This document shows, piece by piece, positions 53,372 through 64,000 of a stretch of DNA of 64,000 bases. The position numbers and the translations under genes are program-made. This DNA is from Octopus sinensis (lineage: Eukaryota). The stretch spans positions 93,434,001 to 93,498,000 of the forward strand of contig NC_043000.1 of NCBI RefSeq assembly GCF_006345805.1. Direction: 5' to 3'. Each line of letters opens with the position of its first letter. Position 1 is the stretch's first letter. The notes below the pieces were generated by a model. That model did no database searches. It saw only the letters and a program-made list of their open reading frames with translations, and had not been told where the DNA came from.

Positions 53372-55140
53372 TAGTTATACATCCTTTACTAGTCATTTTT
53401 CTATACCTAGTGTATAGCTTGTACTGCCTTCATAAGCCATTCATATACACCTAGTACATAGCTTGCATGTTAAATCATTTATGTTACATGTTATATCACA
53501 TAATTTTCTGAAATAATTTATTTTAAAATTTCATTACCAGATTATACATTCTCATTGTCAACTGTACAAGGACTCATTGAATGTTTTGTTTCTTAGTGCA
53601 CTATGTTCTGAGCCTGGAGTAATCATAGCTGGAACCTCTTTGATCATAGCTCTGCAGGTTCAGAGTTGACCTAGGGCTAAACAGTAATAACAGTAGTAGA
53701 AACTAAATAGCTAAGAAGATGAGCCAAAAATTGAACCTCTACGTAGTTTCTTAGCCTTTCAAAAACAACAGCCAAATTCCTCTCAAAAATCTTAACCCAC
53801 TGTTTTAGGAAAAAAAATACATATGATGGTAATGTGGTCCTCAGTATTCATGTGAAAAAAACAAAAAAGTCATGGTTGGAATGTCTACAGTTACAGGTTT
53901 TCTAATGTGAGACAATGCACCAAAACCAAAAACAACATTAACAACAACAACAACAGTGGCAGGCAGGTTATTTCACTTGCTGTCACTTCTTATTCACTAT
54001 TGTTCCATATATTTTGGACTAATTATCTTATGAAAGCTAATTAAATTTAAACAGTAATTAAGTTAAAGTTAACGTGTTTTATGTAAAGAATGCCAACAAT
54101 ATTTTATATAAAGTTATGTGATGTGAAAGATAGTATTTGATTAATTAATTAACATTATTTTAATAATTTCAGCAAGTATGGTAGACAAATTGAGACATGT
54201 TTTAGTCTTATTGAACCTTCTTAGCTAAGCATAGGCTCCACTGTACATGTCATAGGATTGATAAAAAAAAATCACTAAATAGGTATGAAAATATTTTCAT
54301 TAGTAGATATGAAATGAAAAATTAATATATATATCTAACAGGTGTCATTATCATCGTCGTTGTCATCATCATCATCAACATAGCATCTACTTTTCCATGC
54401 AGAACATTTGAAGCAGACTTTCTGTGGCTAGATGCCATTCCAGTTACCAACCTTAATGTATTTCCATGCAAGGTAATATACTTACATGGCTGGACATGTT
54501 TTCATGAAAGATTGAAAATAAAGGACACACACACACACACACACATGTGCATGTCTGCACACACATGCATATACATATTTATTCATGTATAAACATGTGC
54601 TTCATTGATCATTATTATCATTTAATGCCTGTTTTTCCATGCTGGCATGAGTTGGATGGTCTGACCAGAGCTGGCAAGCTGGAGAACTTCACCAGGCTCT
54701 AGTCCAATTTGTCTTTGGCTTTGGCTTCTATGGCTGGGTGCCCTTTCTAACCCTATCCACTTGACAAAAGGTGCTGAGTGCTTTTTGCATGATACTGGCT
54801 TGGATATATACTTTACATATATACTTTATTATTAAAGCTGTAAAAACATCACAAAAAACTGTTACTCAGAGTTTCACATTCCCATCTGTTGGATAGCTTT
54901 GGTTGAGAATGAAACAAAAAGTTATATATATATATATAATAAATATTAGGGAATAAATCCAAACTTACAGGGAAAAATCAGATTTAGGATTGAATCCAAT
55001 TTTATAGTAAAATATTATATTATATTAAATTAGAGACAAAAACCACTATCAGGCAAATCAAACAATGAAAGACTTAAGCCAATACATATGATTAATTTAT
55101 ATTATTTAAAAATGTAACAAAATTATCAAAAAATATAATT

Positions 55141-55219
55141 AATATCCCACTACGATCGTTTCCTGCCTGCAGTCTTCAAATTTTTGAGTCGCAGTCATTC
55201 ATCAGATGGTTTAAATATT
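55141..55219 (-). ncRNA. Type I hammerhead ribozyme-like motif
   Basis: CCAT-CTGATGA-(36-nt stem II)-GAAA-CGATCG-TA-GTGG; perfect palindrome ACGATCGT; GUA site; A.G mismatch at the base of stem II. Confidence 0.7.
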
Positions 55220-55288
55220 TTTCTTGGTGAGGTTTAAACAATGAACTAGAATTTTTAATCAAAAAACGTCTTATACCTCGCCAAGAAA

Positions 55289-55367
55289 AATATCTAAACC
55301 ACCTGATGAATGACTGCGACTCAAAAATTTGAAGACTGCAGGCAGGAAACGATTGTAGTGGGATATT
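55289..55367 (+). ncRNA. Type I hammerhead ribozyme-like motif
   Basis: CCAC-CTGATGA(55303-55309)-ATGACTGC...GCAGGCAG-GAAA(55346-55349)-CGATTG-TA-GTGG; distal stem I AATATC/GATATT. Confidence 0.7.
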
Positions 55368-55533
55368 AATTATATTTTTTGATAATTTTGTTACATTTTT
55401 AAATAATATAAATTAATCATATGTATTGGCTTAAGTCTTTCATTGTTTGATTTGCCTAATAGCGGTTTTGTCTCTAATTTAATATAATATTATATATATA
55501 TATATAGATATATATATATAATATGTATATATG

Positions 55534-55838
55534 TGGAGGCGCAATGGCCTAGTGGTTAGGGCAGCGGACTCGCGGTCGCAGGATCGCAGTTTTGATTCCC
55601 AGACCGGACGTTGTGAGTGTTTATTGAGCGAAAACACCTAAAAGCTCCACGAGGCTCCGGCAGGGGGTGGTGATCCCTGCTGTACTCTTTCACCACTCTT
55701 TCTCCCACTCTTTCTTCTGTTGGCCTGCTCACTTAGCCAGCGGGGTGGCGTCATTCGAAGGCTAAAACAATGCGAACGCATTGTGACCAGCGATGTGTAA
55801 CAACATCTGATGGTCTGGTCGGTCATGTGATCACGTGA
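55534..55838 (+). mobile_element. Family C SINE with alternative 3' body
   Basis: Head GGAGGCGCAATGGCCTAGTGGTTAGGGC; tail shared with 9078-9180. Confidence 0.85.
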
Positions 55839-55840
55839 TA

Positions 55841-55904
<64 letters not shown>

Positions 55905-56482
55905 TAAGGTAGGTGTGAGAGGCAGAATCTGGATCATTTGAACATAAAAACAAGTAGAATATTTGGTCTGGATATGGTCAGTTTAAATGCTAAGGAATTA
56001 AATGACAAAGATTCACTCATCCCAGTTTTATAGAGAAATGGAAAATAGGAAGCAGAAATGTTCATAGATTTTCTAAGTAATTTAGCTAACATCTAAAATA
56101 AAAGTTTCTAAACTAGATTTGAAAAACACAAAGTGTTTGTAATAATATCAGCTAGATAGAAACTTATTATCTTCTCAAGAGGAATTTACTTACCTTTGAA
56201 ATTATAAATAACAAAGCAAAATTTTATTTCACTTATTTATTTATTTATTATTGTTTATTTGTTTATCAAAATATTTATTTTCAAATTTTTCCTCCTTTTT
56301 TTTTTTTTTTACAAAAAAAGGATATTTTTTTGTTTGCTTTATTTTAACATTCGATTTATTTACATAATTTAAAATTTTGTCAAAATGTAATCATTCTTCC
56401 AAACTTAACTTCATCTCAAGTAATGCACAGTGGTCGTTAGGTGACGGCTAATGTTTCATTCATTTATTTATTTATTTATACG

Positions 56483-56518
<36 letters not shown>

Positions 56519-56942
56519 ATAATTATTATTATTATTATTATTGTTACCATTCGTATTGTTGTTGTTGTTTTCCTAAAGTACTTTCGCTTATGAACACTTT
56601 TAAAAGGAGGTGTCATTGGACATAAATAAACAAACAGAAATAAACAAATTTCAATAAATAAATATTAATACTAATAAACAAAATCTACAACAACAACAGC
56701 AGCAACAACAATAGCAACAACAAGCATTTACAAAGTAAGGCGTTGGTTCCACATTATGATTTGGACAGAAATTCTTTCATTTTCAATAGCTTTTAAGAAT
56801 CATACACAACGCAAATCTAAAACTAGATGGATAAACAAAATACTTTTTTAATTCCAACATATAAAAGACAATACAGAATTAAGTGCCGCACACTTTATAT
56901 TTACTTTCTTTATTATTATTATCATTATTATTATTATTATTA

Positions 56943-56995
<53 letters not shown>

Positions 56996-56999
56996 GTTA

Positions 57000-57058
<59 letters not shown>

Positions 57059-57183
57059 TTGTTAAATATTTTTTTTTATTAATTTTGTTATTAAGAACTG
57101 TTTTCTCTTGCATTAAACATTTAATCTTTTATTGAAATCTAGTTTTCCATATTTTTTTGCCCTACTACTACTATTGCTACAAC

Positions 57184-57214
<31 letters not shown>

Positions 57215-57413
57215 ACTACTACTACTACTACTACTACTATTCGGTGTAGACATGGCTGTGTTGTTAAGAAGTTTGCTTTGAGGCCATTTGGTTTTAAGTT
57301 CTGTCCCACTGTGTGGCACCTTAGCTGAATATCTTTTACTATTGCCATGGACCAACAAAAGCCTTGTGAGTGTATTTGGTAGATGGGAACTGAAAGAATC
57401 CCATCATATATAT

Positions 57414-57709
57414 ATAGAAACAAAACAATAAATTGAACAATTATATATTCAATTCAATTTAAATATTTTATACAAACATTTGTGTTATTTGTTTGTATTA
57501 AATATTTAAACTGAATTGTATTTATAATTGTTCGATTTATTGTTTTGTTTTCTATTTCTAATTTATATTTATATATTAATAAAATGTATGTTTATTTTTT
57601 ATTTACCTATTGGAATAACATTGTTATTGATATAGGTGATATAAACCAGTAAATTCTTTGGATATTTAATATCCCTTATGTAAATTTTATGCCTAGCTAA
57701 GTTATTGTC

Positions 57710-57710
<1 letters not shown>
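57414..57710. mobile_element. AT-rich fold-back with one-sided extension, in (TA)n
   Basis: Arms 57414-57478 and 57490-57555, then a unique extension to the next TA run. Confidence 0.65.
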
Positions 57711-57741
<31 letters not shown>

Positions 57742-58104
57742 GGGGGGCACTCCATTAGTTGCGATGATGAGGGTTCCGGTTGATCCGCTCAACAGAACAG
57801 CTTGCGCATGAAATTAACATGCAAGTGGCTGAGCACTCCACAGACATGTGTACCTTTAATGTAGTTCTCAGGGAGATTCAGCATGACACAGAGTGTGACA
57901 AGGATGGCCCTTTGAAATACAAGTACAACAGAAACAGGAAGAAAGAGTGAGAGAAAGCTGCGGTGAAAGATTACAACAGGGTTCGCCACTACCATCTTCT
58001 GGAGCCTCATGGAGCTTTAGGTGTTTTTGCTGAAGAAACACTCACAACGCCCAGTCTGGGAATCGAAACCATGATCCTACGACTGTGAGTCTGCTGCCCT
58101 AATC
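57742..58104 (-). mobile_element. Family C SINE with a third type of 3' body
   Basis: Family C head in reverse at ~57940-58104 joined to a different body. Confidence 0.8.
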
Positions 58105-58479
58105 ACTGGGCCATTGCACCTCCATATATATATATATGTACTTTACTTTTCCATACAGGTGCAATCAACAAAAATGTACTCCATTTAGTGTGAGTGATAT
58201 TATTTAATGTACACAGTATATGGTTATGAGCTACTAATAGTTTCATACATTGAAGATCTCATCTAGGTAGGTTTAAAGCAAACCTAGTGACATTAAGCAA
58301 TCTTCAGATTCTGGGCACATGGCCTATGCAAGTTACAATTCAGGACAATAGAACAAGAGAAATTGCAAGAAAAAACAAGATAAAAATTGATTCAAAGAGT
58401 GATATGATACAAAATTTGGACAAAGAAAGGAAAAAACAAAAAAGAAGGATTAGCATTATGTTCCCATTAGGATAGATAG

Positions 58480-58900
58480 CTTAGAATCAATGGAAGTTTG
58501 CAACACAGCTGCTCAGTCTGGAGAGGATTGTTCTCAAATTGGCGAAGAAGCTTGTCCATGTGTTTACATTTGTTGAAAATTTCTGATCTGAAATTCAGTG
58601 GTGTAGTGGAATTCCTAGATCTAAAATGGATATGTGATCTTTGAGCTATGCAATACTTGCATTTTTTTGATCCATTAACACATGGCATGGGTTTTTCTAT
58701 GATTTTCCACTTGATTGTGTGTGGCATGGAATTGGTCTTCAAACCTCATATGTGGCTAGTCAACTAGGTGGCGTTATTTTTCTCCATGTGCTGGGAAGAA
58801 GATGGGTGGTTAGCATAGATAATGGAGTTTGATTTGAGAGATGTGTAGCTACTGTTTCTAGTAGATTGTGTGAATACGTAAAGGCTCCTGTTAGTGATTT
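58480..58900 (-). pseudogene. Penelope-like (Naiad-type) GIY-YIG and Cys-rich C-terminus remnant
   Basis: YANHPSS..H...NAT*LTSHI, HTIKWKIIEK, GSKKCKYC, LNFRSEIFNKCKH. Confidence 0.8.
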
Positions 58901-59166
58901 GTATAATACAAAACATTTTTTTTCTTTCTCTCATATTCTCACCCCTTATCCACTCCAAGCTCCTCCTCTTTTTCATCATCATCATCATTATCATCAGGAA
59001 AATATACCAAAGATGACACTTGAGTTCAATGCAGCCCTGCAATTTGGTAGTTTCCTTTCAAAATGTCCAACCCATGTCAGCATGGAAAGCTGACGTTAAA
59101 ATGATGAGGATGATGATGATGATGATGGCTAAATGCTCACATGATTACATAGATAGAGAGATAGAG

Positions 59167-59203
<37 letters not shown>

Positions 59204-59974
59204 TGTGAGAGAGAGAGGTAGAAAGAGAAATTACACATGCATACAAACATAACAAGATACTGATGCATAAACAAAGGGGTGAGGGAAAAGGGTAGAGCGA
59301 GAGAGGGAGAGAGTGAGGGGACGAGAGAGTAGAAAGAGGGGGAAAAAGAGGGGAAGAGAGAGGAAAAAGAAGGGAGAAAGAAAGAAGATGAGAGGGGGAG
59401 AGAGAGATGAGAAGGAAATGGAGAGGGAGAGGGGAGAAGGCAAGGGAGGGAGAGAGAGAGGGGGATTGGGAGATAGAGAGAGAGTATAGATAGGGGAAAA
59501 AGAGGAGGAGAAAGGCATAGAGCTGGGGAGAGGGGTAGAGGTAAGAGGGTAAGAGAGAGAAAGTGAAACAATGAAACAAACATTAAAACAAGAGAAACTT
59601 TCAAATGTCTAACATCAAACAAGTCAATCTCGAATCAGTGACATCTAATTGGCAGTGACAAAACAGCAATGCCAAAACATCTCATACCTGTGATTTTCTA
59701 TAACCTGAGTATATGTATATGAATGTATGTGCCTAAAAAATTTTACTGTTTACTGTCTAAAATAGTGGTTCTATATTGACCTTCAGATGTCTGTATGGAC
59801 CCTGAGGGTTCATATAAGAATTTTGGGGGTCCACGCAGCAAAATTGTAAATTGGGGATCTACAATAATATTTTAAGGATCCCTGAAAAATTTTGCTTTAG
59901 ATGTATGTATTGGTGTGTATTGCAAGAAACAGTTTCTAAATGCCGAAACAAAAATCTGATGAGTGTGCACTACA

Positions 59975-60133
59975 CATCAGAACTCTCGGCATAACAGCTG
60001 GGAATTGACATAACCTGCTGGTGTGAAAATGTACAGGAAGGGTGGTGCCACATCCCACCCAAAAGATTTTGCCCATGTGGGATTAGTTTTTATAGGAAAA
60101 AATAAAACTGGATACTTTTTGAATGCACCTTGT
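59975..60133 (-). mobile_element. Mariner terminal fragment
   Basis: TA-CAAGGTGCATTCAAAAAGTATCCAG TIR-like end on the minus strand. Confidence 0.5.
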
Positions 60134-60710
60134 ATGTCATCATCATCATCATCGCCGTCATCATCATCATCATCATCATCATTATCGCCATCATCATCAT
60201 CATCATCGCCGTCATCATCATCATCATCATTTGCATTAGCAGCACCTTCATAATCATAATCATAATCATCATCGTCATGGTTTTCATTGTTGTCATGCTC
60301 ATCATCATCACCACCTCTACCAGCACCAGCACCAGCACCACCAGCACCACCACTACCACCAGCACCACCTACCTCTACCACCACCACCACCACCACCACA
60401 ACCACCACCACCACCACCTCCACCTCTACCACCTTCATCTAGATCACCATCATCATCATTAGCATCACCCTCATCGTCGTCATCATCGTTATCAATTACA
60501 CTTACCCTGCCCCTTCCTCCTCCTCCTCCTCCTCCATTCTTCCTCCTCCTGGTACCCCACTTTATTTTGTCTTTCATTCATTCTTTCTTTCGTTCTTAAT
60601 ACAACATGTTTGGAATTTTTAAATGAAAGTCATATTGATTTTCAGAATTAACTTAATGGAAAAGTCACCAGACAAAATTTTGTGTTTGCGTACATGGGTC
60701 TGTATGCATG

Positions 60711-60749
<39 letters not shown>

Positions 60750-60797
60750 TTATATATACATGTTGTGCGTGTGTATATATTTATATGTATATAGATA

Positions 60798-60838
<41 letters not shown>

Positions 60839-61428
60839 TAATAATAATATATATATATATAATATATGTATGTATATACATATATATATATATGTATATA
60901 CATTTGTATGTGTAAATGTGTGCATATTCGTGCGTGCATGTGTGCGTGTGTGTGTGTGTGTGCATGAGCTGGGATGCGGGTGGGTTGGATGGGATGGGGG
61001 GGTAAAGGCACCGTTCTGAGAGCAGAGGTATGACAGCAGGAGTGTTGGCGTTGGTGTTGGGGTTGATGCATTTGTTACTGGTGCTAGCGGTGTTGGAGGT
61101 GGTGGTCGTCTGGTTGTTTCGGAGGGAGGTAGTTCAAGGGGAGGGGGTACGCAGCAGACTGTGGCATTTGGTTGCCAGTGTATGGTAAAATAGCATGTTT
61201 TGTAATTAGAGAGTCGAAAAAGGCAAAATTGGCAGGCAAGTGTGTGTGTGTGTGTGTGTGTGTGTAGTGTGTGTGTGTGTAGGTATGTGTAGGTGTGTGT
61301 GAGTATATACATTTACATACATACATATATATATATACATATACATATATACATACATGTACATACACATATAGATAGATAAATAGGTAGATAGATAGGT
61401 TGATAGACAGATACACATATAAATAGGC

Positions 61429-61513
<85 letters not shown>

Positions 61514-61975
61514 CAAATATAAATATATACATGCATACATAAATACATACATATAAAAATATTTACATGCATACATAAATACATACATACATATATATAT
61601 ATATATTATATATATATATATATATTAAAATATATATGTATATATTATATACATACAATGTATAGGTGAATGTCTGTGTGTGCATGATGTGTGTGTGATT
61701 GTGTGTCTGTAGAGTGTTTGTACATCTGGATGAACATGTATTTATGTGTGGTGTGTATATATACATGTATGTGCCCCTGTATATGTATGGGTATATATTT
61801 ATTATATATATATATATATATATAGATATATATATATATATATATACATATATACATATGCACGCAAAAATAGTTTTAAAAAAACAAATAATAATAATAA
61901 TAATAATAATGATAATAATAATAATAATAATAATGATAATAATAAAGACAGAACGATTATGAAAAATCTCACCAC

Positions 61976-62008
<33 letters not shown>

Positions 62009-62176
62009 CCAGATGAACAACAATAAAAAGCAACCAGAATAAACAACAACACTAACATAAGAACGATCTCAGAAATGGTTTCTTTTGAATGGAGAATCTG
62101 GTCGTAGATTAATGTATGTTTTACACATACAAGCATTGCTCTCAAATGTGTTTATTCCAACACTCTAGCAGAGTTA

Positions 62177-62723
62177 ATGGTAGTGGTGGCGGCGGTGGTG
62201 GTGATGGTGGTGGTGGTGGTGGTGGTGACTGAGTTGGTTGTAGAGGAGGTGGTTACAGTGGTGGTGGTTGTGGTGGTAGTTGTGGTGGTGGTTGTGGTTG
62301 TGATGGTTGTGGTTTTAGTGGTGGTGGTGGTGGTGGTTGTGATGGTTGTAGAGGAGGTGGTTGTAGTTGTGGTGGTGTTGGTGGTTGTAGTGGTGGTTGT
62401 GGTGGTGGTTGTGATGGTGACGGTGGTGCCGATTGTGGTAGTGGTGGTGATTGTGGTGGTGGTAGTGGTGGTGGTGGTGGTGTAAGGGCTGGTGGTGGTG
62501 AGATGGATGTAGAGGAGGTGGTTACAGTGGTTATAGTTGTGGTGGTGGTTGTGATGGTGGTGTGGTGGTGATGGTAGTGCCAGTTGTGGTAGTAGTTGTG
62601 ATGGTTGTGGTGGTAGTTGTAGTGGTGGTGTTGGTGATTGTTTTGGTGATGGTGGTGGTGTTGGTGGTGGTGTTGGTGGTGGTTGTGTTTTTGATGGTTG
62701 TTGTGGTAGTGGTGGTCTTATTG

Positions 62724-62761
<38 letters not shown>

Positions 62762-62810
62762 GGTAGTGATGGTGGTGGTGGTAGTGGTGGTGGTGGTGTT
62801 AGGTGTTGCT
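62177..62810. repeat. Degenerate (GGT)n tract
   Basis: Explains the poly-Val ORFs. Confidence 0.9.
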
Positions 62811-62998
62811 GGATGACTTGATAGCTGGATGAAACAATGGATCAGAGAGGAGGTGTCAGCTAGTAGATGGTGATGGTGGGTGTGATAATAAAATTGCAGG
62901 TGTTACTGGAATGAGGGTGTCGGTGGTGGTTGTGGTAGTAGGGCTGGGGTGGTGTTTGTGGTAAGGATGGTGGGCACAGTAGGGTTGATGATGCAGAA

Positions 62999-63136
62999 AT
63001 AGAAGTTTAGGTAGAGGGGTGGTGCTTACATACATGCATACAAACATACATATATGTATATATATATATATATATATACATATATGTATGTTTGTATGCA
63101 TGTATGTGAGCACCACCCCTCTGCCTAAACTTCTAT
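62999..63136. repeat. Palindrome centred on (TA)n
   Basis: ATAGAAGTTTAGGTAGAGGGGTGGTGCTTACATAC...(TA)n...reverse complement, with two transitions. Confidence 0.9.
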
Positions 63137-63137
63137 G

Positions 63138-63181
<44 letters not shown>

Positions 63182-63295
63182 TACACATACATATACATAC
63201 ATACATACATACATACATACATACATACATAATACATATATATATATATTTATAAATATATATATATGTATATATCATATATGTATATATCTATA

Positions 63296-63346
<51 letters not shown>

Positions 63347-64000
63347 ATATATATTATATATATATATATATATATAATATATATACACCTCCCTGTCACT
63401 ATATGTGTAACTGCCTGAAATGGTCATGACTTTTGGAACTTGACTGAGGAAGAAAGCCACAAATGACCCGTATTTTTGGGCCTGTCCATCTAATTGTTGT
63501 TCTTCTTGTCTGCCTTTGTATTGTCTATATGTCTGAATGTTTTAACGTCCTCTATTGCATTTTTGTTCCATTGATATATATATATATATATATAGATATT
63601 ATATATATATAGATAATATATATATAGATATTATATATATATATATAGATATATATGCAGACATGGTCCCAGGTTCAGTCCTACCATGTGGAACCTTGGG
63701 CAAATGCCTTCTCCTATAGCCTTGAGCTGACCAAAGCATTGTGAGTGGATTTGGTGTGTGTAGATATACATGCATAACATACACACACACACACACACAC
63801 ACAAACAGATACGCATGTAATATTTTGTTGTGTCTAGAGAGAGTCATTATGCAAATATTATTAACACATACCCTGGTTCAATTCCACTCTGCTATTGTTA
63901 GTCAGTTGGGTAAATATCCAACTAGCTAATTGATTATTTGCTAAATTTGGTTAACCCTTTGATATTCTAACTGGCTATATCCAGCTCAAATGTTCTACTT

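Larger units (their letters stand above)
54939..55490. mobile_element. Hammerhead-bearing fold-back element, second family
   Basis: Unique ~70-bp start, arms ~55011-55237 and 55271-55490 with several mismatches; (TA)n on both sides. Confidence 0.88.

Noticed and set aside
55534-55610. tRNA gene
   Set aside because: tRNA-like head continues into a SINE body found in several copies
56165-56225. Minus-strand AAG|GTAAGT after a T-rich tract (recursive splice site or exon end)
   Set aside because: AAG is a weak acceptor, no transcript evidence, and such motifs are expected by chance in AT-rich DNA
59940-59985. CTGATGA near GAAAC as a hammerhead
   Set aside because: Order and stems do not fit; it is a simple TCTGATG/CATCAGA hairpin
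63435-63475. CTGAGGA in the end shared with the 10-kb fold-back family
   Set aside because: No convincing stem II, GAAA or cleavage triplet; the 10-kb copies lack the core
1187-63929. Numerous ORFs rich in YI, CV, HT, poly-I/H/S/T/V/P/G
   Set aside because: Translations of (TA)n, (CA)n, (TAA)n, (CAT)n and (CCA)n microsatellites; no domain or splice support

Overview
AT-rich, microsatellite-saturated animal non-coding DNA, most likely a coleoid cephalopod such as Octopus (inferred from the repeat families). No host protein-coding exon, tRNA, rRNA or CRISPR is supported; nearly all listed ORFs are translations of simple repeats. The window is a nested stack of mobile-element relics: R4/Dong-type retrotransposons in (TAA)n arrays, RTE LINE fragments, several tRNA-derived SINE families, mariner, hAT-, piggyBac- and Helitron-type non-autonomous elements, and at least four decayed Penelope-like element (PLE) coding fragments. 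The main signal is a set of small non-coding fold-back elements embedded in (TA)n arrays. Two of them, with no sequence similarity I can see (17.8-18.9 kb and 54.9-55.5 kb), carry type I hammerhead ribozymes with an extended stem II and a palindromic stem III in both arms. The first also contains a circularly permuted 535-bp monomer. Together these suggest a retrozyme-like or PLE-mobilised ribozyme system. All calls were made by eye, without searches or folding software; boundaries of decayed elements are approximate.
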